From positions 117,120,001-117,184,000 of the forward strand of contig NC_086097.1 in the NCBI RefSeq assembly GCF_963921235.1: 64,000 nucleotides of DNA, given 5' to 3'. A program made the position numbers and the translations under genes. The notes beneath the pieces are model-generated. The model saw only the letters and a list, made by a program, of their open reading frames with translations, ran no database searches and had not been told where the DNA came from. This DNA comes from Mobula hypostoma (taxonomy: Eukaryota). Below are positions 37,295-51,600 of this stretch, in pieces; positions within the stretch are counted from its first letter, which is position 1, and every line of letters starts with the position of its first letter.

Positions 37295-38650
37295 GATTCA
37301 AGCAGGATCTATGGAGGGGAATAAACAGCTTTATGTAGAGATGCTTCATCAGGATAGGGAAGGAACGGGGTAGGAGACAGAATAAGAAGGTAAGAAGGAG
37401 GAAAAGGTGAATGTGGGTGGAGGAGAGTGATAAAGGAGCTAGGAGACAGGTGATAAGTGGAAGAGGTAAAGGGCTGAAGAAAGAGGGGACAGTTGACCAA
37501 AGGAGAAAGGGGACAAGAAGGGGCTCCAAAGAGAGATGATGGGCAAGTGAGAAGAACCAGAGTGAAGAATGAGAAAAAAAAGGAAGGGGGGAGAAATTAT
37601 TGGAAGTTCATGCTATCAGGTTGGAGGTTACCCAGACGAAATACGAGGTGTTGTTCCTCCAACCTGAGTGTGACTTCATTGTGACAGTAAGGAGGCCATG
37701 AACTGACATGTCAGAATGCGAATGCGAAGTCGAATTGAAATGTGTGGAAACCAGAACTCCCACCTTTTGTGACAGATGGAGGGAAGGTGCTCGACAAAGC
37801 AGTCCTCCAATCTATGTCAGGTCTCATCGATATAGGGTGGACCTCACCAAGCACAGGATCAGTAGGTGATCCCTAGGCACTTGAAGATGAAGTGTCGCAT
37901 CACCTGGAAGGATATTTTGGGGCCCTGAATGGTAGTGAGGGGGGAGGTGTAGAGGCAGGAGTCACACTTGTCCTACTTGCAGGGAAAAGTGCCAGGAGGG
38001 AGATCAGTGGGGAGGGACGAATGGACAAGGGAGTCACGTAGGGAGCGATCCCTATAGAAAGTGGAGGGCTAGTGGAGTGGGGGAGAGAAAGATGTGCTTA
38101 GTGGTAGGATCCCACTGCAGATGACAAAGTTACAGAGAATGCATGCTGGATACGAAAACTCATGGGGTGGAATGTAACAACAAGGGAGACCTTAATTCTG
38201 TTCTGGTGGCAGAAGGATGGTTGAGGACAGATGTGTGGGAAATGGAGGAGATGTGGTTGACAGCAGCATCAATGGTAGAGGAAGGGAAGCTGTGTTATTT
38301 GAGGAAGGAGGAGATCTCAGAAATTCAGGAATGGAAAGCCTCATCTTGACAGTAGATGCAGTGAAGATGGAAGAACTGAGAAAAGGGAAAAACATTTTTA
38401 CAAGTGACAGTGCAGGAGGAGGTATAGTGAAGATAACTGTGAGAGGCAGTAGGTTTATAAAATATATCTATTGATAGTCTGTCTTCAGAAATGGAGACAG
38501 CAAGATTGAGAAAGCGGAGAGAGGTGTCAGAGATGGAGCATTAAAAATTTGAGAGCAGGATGGAAATTGGAGACAAAGTTGATGAAATTGACGAACTCAG
38601 CATTCGTGTAAGAGGCAACACCAAAGCAGTTATCAATATACTACAGAAAG
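37295..38650 (-). mobile_element. Degenerate Penelope-like element (RT end, GIY-YIG, terminus)
   Basis: Reverse-complement similarity to 50250-51550 and direct similarity to 53500-54027. Confidence 0.8.
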
Positions 38651-41600
38651 AATGTTGCCTGGGTAAATGTCAACTGTTCATTTCCCTTCATAAATGTTGC
38701 CTGACTCACTGAGGTCCTCCAGCACTTTGTATGTGTTGCTCAAGATTTCTAGCATCTGCAGAATCTCGTGTTCAGAAAAGATTCAGCTGTTATTGAATGA
38801 GTTATTCATAGCTTTGTTGCTTTATGCTTCTGTTTATAAATTCTAGGAAGCAGCATGCTTTTTTTTAAATATAATTGCTTCTTGACCTAATCTATCATTT
38901 TCCATGATTCATGCACAAATCCACCAGATCTTTGGGTTCTTGTAAAACGATTAGAAAAGTTCTCATTAGTTTACAGTGCCTCAATTTGCTCTTCCCACTG
39001 ACATTTGTTTACATTTCCTCTGGCACGTGTCCATCTATTCCACCAATTTATCTGTCGCATCTTGGAGCTTGTGAGCATCTTCCACACAGTGTGCAATGCT
39101 TCCGTTTCCAAATGATGTGTTGTTTGCAAAACTGAAAATCGCGTCCTGTATACTCAGGTCAAAATCATTGATACACTGTATATTAGGAAAAGAAGTGGTC
39201 CTGGAACCAACCCCTGGAAAACACCACACTCCAGCTCAGAAAAATACCCCTCTACTTCCTTCACTTGACCAATTGTCTTTCAATACTTTACACTTCTTTT
39301 AATTTCTTGCTCTTTAACCTTGCACAGTTCCATTACCCAACACTTCATAAAATCTCTTTTGTAAGTTCAAATGCATCATGTTAATGCATGTCAATAGTTC
39401 TGTTTCTAATAATTTTTTCTGCACATATCCCCACCATAGAGCAAAACTGACTAGCCTGCAATTGATGGATATACCCTCACACGTTTTTTAAAATTGAAAC
39501 CTCAATATTAATATTTTGCACTTTACTTCCTTGAGCATAGGAGCATGAGGGAAGATCTTATAAAGATAACAAAATTATGGGGGGTAAAGATGGGATAAAT
39601 GCAAGCAGGCTTTCTTCACTGAGGCTGGGTGAGACTAGAATTAGAGATTAAGGCTAAAAGGCAAAATATTTAAAGGGAACATGACGGGGAACTTCTTCAC
39701 TCAGAGGATGGGGAGAGTGCGGAATGAGCTGCCAGTGGAAATTTTGGATATGGGTTTGATTTCAAATTTTAAGAGAAGTTTGGATGGAGGGGAGGGTATG
39801 GAGGGCTATTTTCCACAAGCAGGTCAAAGGGGCTAGGCCACATAGACTGGATGGGCTGAATGGCCTGTTTCTGTGCTGTAGTGTTCTATCGTTCTCTTTG
39901 CAGTTTGACAACCCCTAGGCACCGCTCTCCTACAAACAGGTGAAGTGTTACAACCAATCTCTCTGCAATATTCAGCTTAACTTCCCTCTGGTTCACAGAG
40001 ACAGAATCAGATATTATTTGACATGAGAGAATAAGAAGGTATATTAGGAGAGCTGATTTAAAACTTGTGCAAAACAGAATGTTTAAGGGTGCATTGTAAT
40101 AAGAAGGGAACACATAGCAATGAACACTAATTCACTTCTTGCTTTCTTTTTGCAGTATTTATTTTTTTTATATTTCTGATTATAACCTGCAGATTTTTTT
40201 TATGTATTGCACTGTACTGTTCCCACAAAATAACAAATTCCACGATTAAACAAGAGAAAATCTGCAGATGCTGGAAATCCGAGCAACACGCACAAAATGT
40301 GGAAGAACTCAGCAGACCAGGCAGCATCTGTGGAAAAAAATACAGTTGACATTTTGGGCCTTTGGCAGTACCCATGACATATGTCTGTGATAATAAACCT
40401 GATTCTGAATGAAGATGTGAAGAAATTCTTTAAAAAGGAGCTTAGGATCTTAGGTGTTCATAATTGAGTCTTTAAAATCAGGTGAACACGGAACAAAGAG
40501 ATCCAAGAGAAGCAGCCAGGATACTAAGGATTTTAAAAACAAGCTGCCATAGAAAGGCAAACACAGGGGAGAGGGAATATTATGAAATTGTGCAGAGATT
40601 AAACGAGTTCATACTTTGACAGATGGAAAATGAGTCGCTGGATAGAAGAGCATGGGAATAGGGAGCCATGGATGATGGAGGCTCCAGAGCTGATGAAGCT
40701 GAAGTTAGGGAAAAGTGGGAGCAAGCCACCTCAGGGATTAACTGAATATATAACCAAAAGTTTATCACTGTTTGTTGTCCTTTGCACATCGGTTAAACGC
40801 CACGTTAGTGGGGGCTTTCATTTGTTGCTATTCTATTATCCATTTATAGAGTATGCCTGCAAGAAAATAAATGCAGGTTTGTAGATGGTGACACATACAG
40901 TGTGTGTTGTGATAATAAATGTACTTTGAGCTTTGAATTTTGAAATATTACCCGAAGTTTTCAAAAATCTAGCTCAGCTTCCACAATGTAATTACAATGT
41001 AAATGCTTGTGCAAGCTTTGGTTCTTCTAATGCAAATTACTTTCTGCATCTGCTGAGTATAATCCCCTACCTTCAAGGTTGATGATATAAAATGGCTTTA
41101 GTTTTCCCACTGATAATGTCCTAGTCAAGGAAAAATGGAATGGAAATCTGCCAGTCTCAGTTAAACACTCACAATTATATGCAACAGATCAGCTAAAACG
41201 TAGTATTTATTTATAATGCATGTCAAAAGCACAGGAGAGCAAACAGTAATTATTATTTCTACTACTACAACAAATCGAAGATGAAGTGTTAGGATAATTT
41301 GCAGGAAATGACCAACTCCGCCACTATTTAGGCAGTTAACATGTAATTAACATTAGATGGAATGTTTGAATTTCACTTGAATGAGATATTCTGCACACTG
41401 TGTGAAAAGCTTTGCTGATTACATTGACTGTCAGAACAAAGACAAGTAAGATCTGGCACCAGCAGAAATGTGCACTCCTGTAAATAAAGAGAATGTCAGG
41501 TTGATTTTTATACCAGGAAACATAACCTTGATTCTTTTTGAGTTGAACTTTGAGGTATGCCCTGAGATAATAACAAGATTGCAAGTGGGAATGGATGCAT

Positions 41601-42559
41601 TATTAGTCTTCATAAATATTTCATATCCAATCATTCAAATGTAAATCAAAAATCCTATTATTTATTATAGATGTTAGCAATAGGTCTGAATTATTTATTT
41701 TTCATTTTGACATACAACTCAGAACAGACCTTTCTGGCCCAAGGAGCTTCACAGCCCAGCAACCTGCCTATTTAACACCACTAACACGAGCCCAATCACA
41801 GGACCTAAAAGCGGGTATCCAGAACTAGAGGGCACAGCCTCAAAACTGAGGGGCGACATTTTAGAGGTTTTTTTTAGTCAGAGAGTAGTGAATCTGTGGA
41901 ATGCTCTGCCACAGACTGTGGTGGAGGCCAGTCCGTGGGTATATTTAAGGCAGAATTTGATGGTTTCCTGATTGGTTAGGACGTCAAAGGATATGGAGAG
42001 AAGGCAGATGTATGGGGTTGAGTGGGCTCCCAGATCAGCCATGATGGAATGGTAGAACAGTCTCGATGGGCTGAATGACCTAATTCTTCTCCTGTGTTTT
42101 AAGGTCGTATGGACAATTTACAGTAACAAAGCAATAGTAATCGATTCGTGCTCAGACTGTGGGAGGAAAGCAGAGCACCTGGAGGAAACCCACATAGTCA
42201 TGGGCGAACGTGCATACTCCTTGCAGGCAGCACCAGAATTAAACTCCAACACCACGTCATTACCATGCCACCCCGAACAAACTACAAAGAGAACACACGT
42301 GATGGAGCGTCTACCAAAAATCTAGCTGCAACACAATCTCCCTCATCCAGTGATCTACTTCCTGTCAACACGTTATGAAATTCAAAAATTTTAGAAGCTG
42401 ATTTTTCCAGATATGATGGCATGGCCTAGTGTGGAAGCGCCATTGTCCTGGAACGGAAACGAGCACAGAGTGCTGGAAACAGGGGGAGATCAGGAGGGTG
42501 AAAGAAAACAGGAGGTTGCTCTGGCAGAGAAGGTGAAAGAGAACCCTGGGATGAAATTG

Positions 42560-44915
42560 GACCACAGGAAGATCAGTATGGTCATCAATGCATGGAGCCA
42601 AAAGAGGTGGGGAGATATTAAGTGGATTTTTTACATCTGTATGTACTCAGTGGACGAATACAGTCTATAGAACTGAGGCATTTCAGCAGTGAGTTCCTGG
42701 ACCATATACGGATCACAAAAGAGGAGATACTTGCTATCTCGAGGCCTATTAGGGTGTATAAGTCCCCAGACCCTGACAAGATGTTCCCTTGGACTATGCG
42801 GGGGGAGCACTCGTGCAGAAATTGCAGGGGCCTTAGCAGAGACACTTAAAATATTTCTGGCTATCGAAAGATGCCCAAGAATTGGAGGATAGCTAATGTT
42901 GTTTTGTTGTTTAAAAAGGGCTCTATCAGTAAGCTAGGGAACAGGTGAGCCTGACATCAGTAGTGAGCAAGTTATTGGAAATTCTTCCAAGGGACCAGGT
43001 ATATAAGTATTTTGGTAGACAGAGACTGAATAGGGATAGTCCACATGGTTTTGTGTGTGGCAGGTAGTGTCTAACCAAACATAGAGTTTTTCAAAGACGT
43101 TACCAGAAAAGTTGATGAAGACAAGGCAGTGGATGTTATCTACATGAACTTCAGCAAGGCGTTTGACAAGGTCCCACATGGGAGGTTGTTCAAAGAGGCT
43201 TAGTTGGCTTAGCATTCAAGATGAGGTGGTAAATTAGTTTCAGCATTGGTTTAGCTAGAGAAGCCAGAGAGTGGTAGTAGCTGGCTGTCTCACTGACTGG
43301 AGGCCTGTGACTTGTAATATGCTGCCGAGAATCAGAATCAGAATTATTATCATTGGCATGTGATGTGAAATTTGTTAACTTAGCAGCAACAGTCCAATGC
43401 AATGCATAATATAGAAGAGGAAAATAATAATAATAAATAAGCAAGTAAATCAATTACGTATATTGAACAGCTTTACAAATACGTGAAAAACAGAAATACT
43501 GTATATTAAAAAAAAGTGAGGTAGTGTCCAAGGGTTCAATGTCCATTTAGGAATTGATGGCAGAGGAGAAGCAGCTGTTCCTGAATCGCTGAGTGCGTGC
43601 CTTCAGGCTTCTGTACCTCCTACCCGATGGTAACAGTAAGAAAACGGCATGCCCTGGGTGCTGGAGGTCATTAATAACGGATGCTGCATTTCTGAGACAC
43701 CGGTCCCTGAATATGTCCTGGGTACTTTGTAGGTTAGTACCCAAGATGGAGCCGACTTAATTTACAACCTTCTGCAGCTTCTTTCGGTCCTGAGCAGTAG
43801 ACGCCGCCCCCCCCCCCCCGTGTACCAGACAGTGATGCAGCCTATCAGTGCTGGGTCTATTGCTGCTAAGAAGGATCAGCAGATGACATCAATATTGAGC
43901 TTCAGAGCTTGCTGCTGAATTTCGACTGTGAGGTGTTGTTCTTTGGGGGGGACAAACCAGGGTAGGACTTACATAGTGAATGGTAGAGCACTAAGGGGTG
44001 CGGTAAAACAGAAGGATCTGGGAATACAGGTCCATAATTTCTTGAAACTGGTCTTACAAGTAGATAAGGACATAAAGAGAGCTTTTGACACGTTGGCCTT
44101 CATAAATCAAAGTACTGAGTCTGGAGTTTAAAGGTTTCAAAGGTCCAATTTAATGTCAGAGAAATGTATACAATATACATCCTGAAATGCTTTTTCTTCG
44201 CAAAACATCCACAAAAACAGAGAAGTGCCTCATAGAATGAACAATAGCTAAATGTGAGATCCCCAAAGTCCCCCCCCAGTTCCCCCCCACCCCATGCGTA
44301 AGCGGCAGCAAGCAACGATACCCCCTCCCCACCCCCGGCAAAAAAGTGCACCCGCTTTGGGATGTTATGGTGACATTTTATGAGACGCAGTTGAGGTCAA
44401 ATAGGGAGTATTGTGTGCAGTTCTGGTCACCTACCTACAGAAAAGGTATCAATAAGATTGAAAGAGTTCAGAGAATAACTAGGATGTTGTCTGGAGCTGA
44501 GTATGAAGTATAGCTAAGGGCTGAATAGGTTAGGACTTTATTCCTGACAGAGTAAGAGACTGAGTGGAGATTTGATCGAGGTATACGGAATTATGAGGGG
44601 TATGGAGAGTGTTAACACATTCAGGCCTTTTCCACTGAGGCTGACTGAAACTGGAACTAGAGATCATAGGTTGAGGGTGAAAGGTCAAGGTGGAGTATTT
44701 AAGGGTACCCAAGGGGAACTTCTTCATTCAAAGGGTCATGCTAGTGGAAGTGATGGGAGCAGGTTCAATTGCAACTTTCGAGGGAAGCTTGGGTAAGTCC
44801 ATCTATAGAGGGCTATGGTGCAGGTGCAGGTCGATCAGGCTAGGCACAATAAAATGTTAGGATGGACTTGATGGGCCGAAGGTCTGGTTCCTATACTGTG
44901 GCACTCTATGACTCC
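42560..44915 (+). mobile_element. Old CR1 ORF2 remnant with nested inserts (43328-43850, 44130-44355)
   Basis: YKSPDPD, MNFSKAFDKVPHGRL, EYCVQFWSP and a CR1 3' end near 44870-44915. Confidence 0.8.
43328..43850 (-). mobile_element. Rex1/Babar 3' end
   Basis: Closely similar to 11457-11950; (AGAATC)n tail. Confidence 0.8.
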
Positions 44916-47900
44916 ATGATTCTATGACTATACTTGGATGCCCATCTTCCAATCTATACTCGAACCCCACATGAGAAAATGGGATTGATTGAATTTTCAT
45001 TTGGATTCACAGATACACTGCAAGTAGATGTAAAACACTAGGGCGGATGAAAACTACCGTAAGGCCCACTTATGCCCAGAGCACCACAACATTTGCTTCA
45101 TTATGTTTGTTCTACTACATCGTGTCAGGATTATTTTAAACAGGGTACGTAGCAAGATTGGAAGCGGTTTCTGAAATATCTGTTCCAATGTCTCACAGCA
45201 CATGAAAAGCTCTTTTCAGAACATGAATTGCATAAAGTAGTTTTGCTGACATTTAATTGGAAGTGCTGTGGTCTATCATAACTATCTCAGCTCCACGAGG
45301 GGTTGGGGAGGGGGGCGCTGATTCAAATCTCAGACACCCAAACCGAAGATCTTCAAATTGTCCACTTCCAGGTTTGATGGATAGTAAGAAAGGGGTGCTA
45401 ACATTCTGAATTTAAATACATTAATTAGGCCAGCGGCCTCCCATTATATATATTAATTAGGCTAGTGGCCTCCCATTTAAACTTCTTGTCAGGAAATATA
45501 GAGGAGGCCTGACCCAAGCGCAGAGCAGCGGAGACGATTTAGAGGTGAGCAAACACTTTTACATTAAACTGCAAAATAACTAGCCACGAGAGGCTAGAAA
45601 AAAAGAGAAGAATGGATATTGAACAGGGCAAGGCAATAAGGTAACTGAAGACTAGGAGCAACTGGCTGGCACAAACGACTGAATAAGGATTGTGGATGAG
45701 AGCTGGCTTTAAATAGGCTGCAGGTGACGAGTTGGAAACCAGTGGCTGGTGACTCCTGTTAGCTGAGTGGAGACAAAGTATGTACATGTCACCATACACT
45801 ACCCTGAGATTCATTTTCCTTTGGGCTTTTACAGTAGAACAAAGGAATACAGTAGAATCCGTGAAGAACTACACACAAAGAACAAGCAATATGCAAAAGA
45901 AGACAACCAATAAATTTAAAAAATTGAATCATTAAAGTAATAATTAATTTATATTAGGAGCCTTGCAAGGCATGAAAATGCCCAATGCAGGCCTCTCATA
46001 GTCTGAGTCGATGTTTCCGCCTCCCCCCCTATATTATGAGGAATACGAGTTACAGAGTCCTTGAAAATGAGTCGGTAGGTCATGGTATCAGTTCTGTGCT
46101 GAGGTGAGTGAAGTGATCCACTCTGATTCAGGGCCCTGCTGGCTGAAGGGTTATAATTGCTCCTGAAAATGGTGTGGGGCTTGAGGCTCCTGCATCTCCT
46201 TCTGGTTTCTGGACGGCGGCAGTGAGAAGAGAGCATGGCCTGGATGGTGGGGTCCTTGATGATGGATGCTGCTTTCTTCTGGCAGTGCTCCTTGTAGTTG
46301 TCCTCCATACACTCCACAGGGACCCTCTCGAGATGACAGTGTGGTGTCATCCACTCCACATGGGCAAAACTTATTGAGATTGGAACCCCCACCACCTGAA
46401 ATCCCACTCAGGGCAAGACCAACTTGAGGGAAAATTCCTCATCTGATTGTAAGCCAAATACTTCAAGCCATCATCCAGATGTGGAGTTGTCAAGAAAAGA
46501 TGCATGCAATGTTTAAACTTCTAGCGTGTTGAGAACTTCTTCAGGTTCCCATTCTGAATTTCTCATCCGCCCATGTAAAGTGAAACTGATTGGACCCATC
46601 CTCTTAAATATGTTTATCTATGATACACTGACAATAATCTTGACTTTCACCTTACTATCTCTTTTGGCAGGATCTTCCATTATCAAGCTATTCTTTTAGT
46701 AACCGCATTTCCTTTGAAAACCCAACTGCTTTTCTTAGTGAGCATCCTTTATTTATGAGTCCCAGTTCTCATCTACTCCACAAGTGGAAGGAGCTTCCAC
46801 TGGCTGATGTTAGAGAAATATAATCATTTATCCAAGAAAATAGGCAATGAGTAATCTTATCAAAAGACAGAGAAAATCGAAACCTCCTGTTTCCATCCCT
46901 AACCAGAATCAACCCCACCCCCCTTCGTTTCTACCTCCTTTTTTTCCTTTTTATTTCAATTTTTTTGCTAAACTTCACTAAAATTTCACTAAACATATGC
47001 TAACAAAGCCAGGGAATCACACATAAGTAGCAACAAATATATAACTATTAACTTTAAATATACAAATAAAAAAGAAAATCCACTCTAAATACTGTTGGAC
47101 AGAAGGAACTGTATCTAAAAGGAGTCACAAGACAAAAACATTTACAGAAATAACTCGAAACATTGACAAATTTGTACAGTCTTTACAGTTTTCTGGTTAT
47201 TGGAAGTTTTCAGAATATTAATGTATAGTTTGAAGTCTGACGTAAAAAAATATAAATGAAGGTTTCTTATTGCTGCATTTGCATTTATGGATATAAAACT
47301 TGATGTAAATTAGCAAAAGATTTATGATAAAGAAATGATCCCTATGTGATTTGGTATTATTAGTAAACCGAAATAAAACATTTACAAAACAAAAAGTAAA
47401 ATCCACTTTAATATATTGATCTATAAATTGACAAACATCAACATATTCACAATCCCAAAACAGTTAAAATAAATCCTCTGGATATAAACCGCAAAAAGAA
47501 AAGTTAGTTCCAATATCAGAATTAAACCTTGTCAAATAAACATTGGTTGTATAATATCTATGTATAATTTTAAATGAAATTTCTTTAATTTTATTCCTCA
47601 ATAAAAATTTATTAAATAAGCCCCAAATACTCCTCCACCTCAGATTCCCCAAGCAACTATTCCAAGAGCTAATAGCCGTAGGAATAGAAATAATGTCTTT
47701 TTGAAACAAACTTCTAATACTTCTATTATCTTTTTTAAAAGACGGAGGAAAACAAATCTTTCCTACAGCTGTACTGGATGGATCCAAGCTGGGTAATTCA
47801 ACTACTGAATATGATGTATTTCTAAACAACATAATTACACCAGAGGGAATTATATCCATAACAACAGCAAATTCTTTTGGAGTCTCTGGAAATTCAAAGG

Positions 47901-48617
47901 TGGATAAAAACTCAGTATAACTCAATTAAGTACCACTTGAATTAAATAACTGTTTAACTAACAAAATATTATTATCAAACCAACCTTTATAAAACAAAGA
48001 TTTATTCTTATAAGTTACGTTGTGGTTATTCCAGATAAAATAACTATGAGGAGAGAAATTGTGTTTATAAATCAAAGACCAAGATAAAAGCATTTGTTTA
48101 TGAAAGTGAGATAAGCAGAGAGGAACCTTGTCTATTTTGTAATTACATAAAAGAAAAAAATTCAAACCACCAACCTGAGAAAAGACAAATGAAGGAATGC
48201 AATTCCATATAGAAGTAAAAAAGTAAACTTGTTTAATCCAATTAATTTTAAAAGTATTATTAAGACTGTCAAAATCAAGAAAAATTAGACTCCCCCCTTG
48301 TCATAACTATTCATGACAGCAGATTTTTTTAATATAATGAACTTTGTTTTTCCAACATGGCATCTATCAAGTTACAGATTTTTTATCGACATATAAGGGG
48401 AGACTTATATATATAAGCCTGGAAAGACCTTCTGCAAAACCTGGTCTTTCAAAGATAATGTCCCTTTGAAGCCACTGGTTTAATCTTTTTTTGGTTTTAT
48501 CTATAAGAGGCTGAAAATTATCCACACACCTTAAGTATTCGTTTTTAACAATAGTTATCCCCAAGTATGTGACTTCGTCTTTTACTGGAATAGTCTTAAT
48601 TATAGATTGAGTACAAC

Positions 48618-49552
48618 TAGGGTTGCCAACTTTCTCACTCCCAAATAAGGGACAAAAGTTGCAGTCAAATACGGGAACACACATCAAAGTTGCTGGCGAA
48701 CGGAGCAGGCCAGGCAGCATCTCTAGGAAGAGGTACAATGAACATCACCCCCCCGCCCGTCTTTCTTCCCGGGCCTCCTGTCCCATGATCCTCTTGTATC
48801 TCCTTTGCCTATCACCTGTCCAGCTCTCGGCTCCATCCCTCCCCCTCCTGTCTTCTCCTATCATTTTGCATCTCCCCCTCCCTCTCCAACTTTCAAATCC
48901 CTTACTCACTCTTCCTTCAGTTAGTCCGGACGAAGGGTCTCGGCCTGAAACGTCGACTGCGCCTCTTCCTATAGATGCTGCTTGGCCTGCTGCGTTCACC
49001 AGCAACTTTGATGTGTGTTGCTTGAATTTCCAGCATCAGCAGAATTCCTGCGTAGTCAAATACGGGACACTTGTGTTCACCCTGAAAAGACTACTATGAC
49101 CATGAAGCCTTGCGCGGGCACCTATGTGCGCATGCGAGACGTGTGAATGCATGACGTGCGTACACGCGTACATGCCGATTTATTTTCTACAAATCGGTTT
49201 TGGCTTAATCTTCCCGATCTGTTAAGTGAAACTACACTGTACATACATTATTTCTACTTTATATAGGCTGTGATTTTATCATATCATTCCTGCCTTTACT
49301 ATATGTTAGCGTTATTTTAGGTTTTATGTGTTATTTGGTTTGATTTGGTAGGTTATTTTTTGGGTCTGGGAATGCTCAAAAATTTTTCCCATATAAGTTA
49401 ATGGTAATTGCTTCTTTGTTTTACGAACGGTTTTATGGGAACACTCAACCTTACCGGGGGAAATACCGGACAAGGGCGGTCCCATATGGGACAAACCAAT
49501 TCAGCCCAATATACGGGATGTCCTGGCTAATACAGGACAGTTGGCAACACTA
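48618..49552. mobile_element. hAT-type MITE inserted in the Tx1-like LINE
   Basis: TIRs TAGGGTTGCCAACT / AGTTGGCAACACTA; 8-bp near-TSD AGTACAAC / AATACAAT. Confidence 0.75.
48677..49053 (+). mobile_element. Penelope terminal fragment with inverted partial terminus (48677-48738)
   Basis: 14-bp TSD AGTCAAATACGGGA (48663-48676 and 49054-49067); hammerhead motif at 48923-48958 with core mutated to CGGACGA. Confidence 0.85.
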
Positions 49553-49719
49553 AATACAATCTTTAAGAGGAAACAATTCACATTTGTGAATATTTAAACA
49601 AAGGCCTGAGGCTTTAGAAAAAAACAGAAATACAATTTAAAGCCAATGAAATTTCAGAAACATCATTTAAGAAAAGAGTTGCATAATCTGCAACCTGACC
49701 AATCAGAAAATTAGAATTT

Positions 49720-51600
49720 GCACAGGAAATGCAGTTTCTACCTCCTCCTAAGATCCACAAACCTACCTGTTAAAGTAGACCCATTGTTTCAGCTTGTTCC
49801 TGCCCCACTGAACTCACATCAGCATACCTCTGCTCTGTTTTATCCCCCCCCCCAGTTCAGTCTCTTCCCACCTACATCCGTGACACCTCACACACTCTTG
49901 ATCTTTTCAAGGATTTCAGGTTTCCTGGCCCCCGTCATCTTATTTTCACGATGGATATCCAGTCCCTATACACCTCCTCCACCAGGAAAGCCTCAAAGCT
50001 CTCTATTTCTTTCTGGACACCAGAGCAAACTAGTTCCCCTCCACCATCACTCTCCTCTGCCTAACGGAACGTCCTCACTCTTAATAATTTTTCTTTTGGC
50101 TTCTCCCACCTCCTTCAAACAAAAGGTGTAGCCATGGATACTTGCATGGGTCTTAGCTATGCCTGCTTGTTCGTCGGCTACGTGGAACAGTCTATGTTCC
50201 AAGCCTACACTGGTGACTGTCCCACACTTTTCCGATGCTATATTAACAACTGCTTCCCGCACCCATGCTGAGGTCATCGGCTTCATCTACTTTGCCTCCA
50301 GCTTCCACCCTGCCCTCAAATTTACCTGGTCCATTTCTGACACCTCCCTCCCCATTCTCAATCTCTCTGGAGACAGTTTATCTATTGATGTCTATTACAA
50401 ACCCACGACTCTCACAGCTGTCTGGACTATACCTCCTCCCATCCTGTTACTTGTAAAAATGCCAACTCCTTCTCTCAATTCCCCCATCTCCACTCCATCT
50501 GCTCTCAGGATGAGTTTTTTCATTCTGGAATGAAGGAGATGTCATCCTTTTTCAAAGAACGGGGCTTCCCTTACTCCACCATCAATGCTGCCCTCAACCA
50601 CATCTCTTCCATTTCACATACATCTGCTCTCACCCTATCCTTGTGCTGTCCTACCAGGGACAGGGTTCCTCTTGTCCTCACCTATCACCCCACCAGCCTC
50701 TGTGTCCAGCACATAATTCTCCGAAACTTCCGTTATCTCCAACTGCATCCCACCACCAAACACATCTTTCCTTCACCACCACTTTCTGCTTTCCACAGGG
50801 ATCGCTCCCTATACGATTCCCTTGTCCATTCGTCTCTCTCCACTGATCTCCCTCCTGGCACTTATCCTTGCAAACTGAATAAGTGTTACACCTGCCACTA
50901 CATCTCACCCTTCACTACCTTTTAAGACTCCAAACAGTCCTTCCAGGTGAGGTGACACTTCACCTGTGAGTCTGTCGGGGTGATCTACTGTATCCAGTGC
51001 TCCTGGCGTGGCCTCCTGTATATTGGTAAGACCCGACATTGATTGGGAGACCACTTCGCCAACAAGTGGGATCTCCCAGTGGCCACCCATTTTAATTCCA
51101 CTTCCCATTCCCATTCTGATATATTAGTCCATGGACTCCTTTACTGTTGTGATGAGGCCACACTTAGGTTGGAGGGACAACACCTTATATTCGGTTTGGG
51201 TAGCCCCCAACCTGATTGCATAAAAATAGATTTCGCGAACTTCCCGTTATGCCTACCCCCTCCCTCCTTCACTATTTCCCATCCTGTGTCTCTATCATGT
51301 TATCTCCTTGTCCGTCCATCGCCTCCCTCAGGTGCTCCTCCTCCCCCCCTTTCTTCTTGCTTCCATGGCTTTTCGTCTCTTTCACCAATCAACTTCCTAG
51401 CTCTTTGCTTCATTCCTCCTCCTCCAAGTTTCACCTATCACCTGGTGCTTCTCTCTCCCTTGCCCCAACTTTTCAAATCTACTCCTCAGCTTTTTTCCTC
51501 CAGTCCCACAGTCGGGTTTTGGCCTGAAACGTTGACTCTACTTTTTTTCATAGAGGGCGCCTGGCCTGCTGAGTTCCTCCAGCATTTTGTGTGTTGCAAT
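49720..51600 (+). mobile_element. Degenerate Penelope-like element (RT plus GIY-YIG endonuclease)
   Basis: KIHKP..RPIVSAC, TMDIQSLYT, GVAMDTCMGLSYACLFVG, FHPALKFTW, VYYKPT and FTCESVGVIYCIQC..LYIGKT; Penelope terminus at 51500-51600. Confidence 0.9.

Larger units (their letters stand above)
46940..49715 (-). mobile_element. Degenerate L1/Tx1-clade LINE (RT end to 3' UTR)
   Basis: VTYLGITI..WLQRD, FIWNN, KIKEISFKIIHRYY and FC....EDLF..FW..C-type knuckle remnants across ORFs 47218-48620. Confidence 0.8.

Noticed and set aside
41336..41477. Minus-strand acceptor followed by hydrophobic SAHFCWCQILLVFVLTVNVIS
   Set aside because: No convincing donor or homology.
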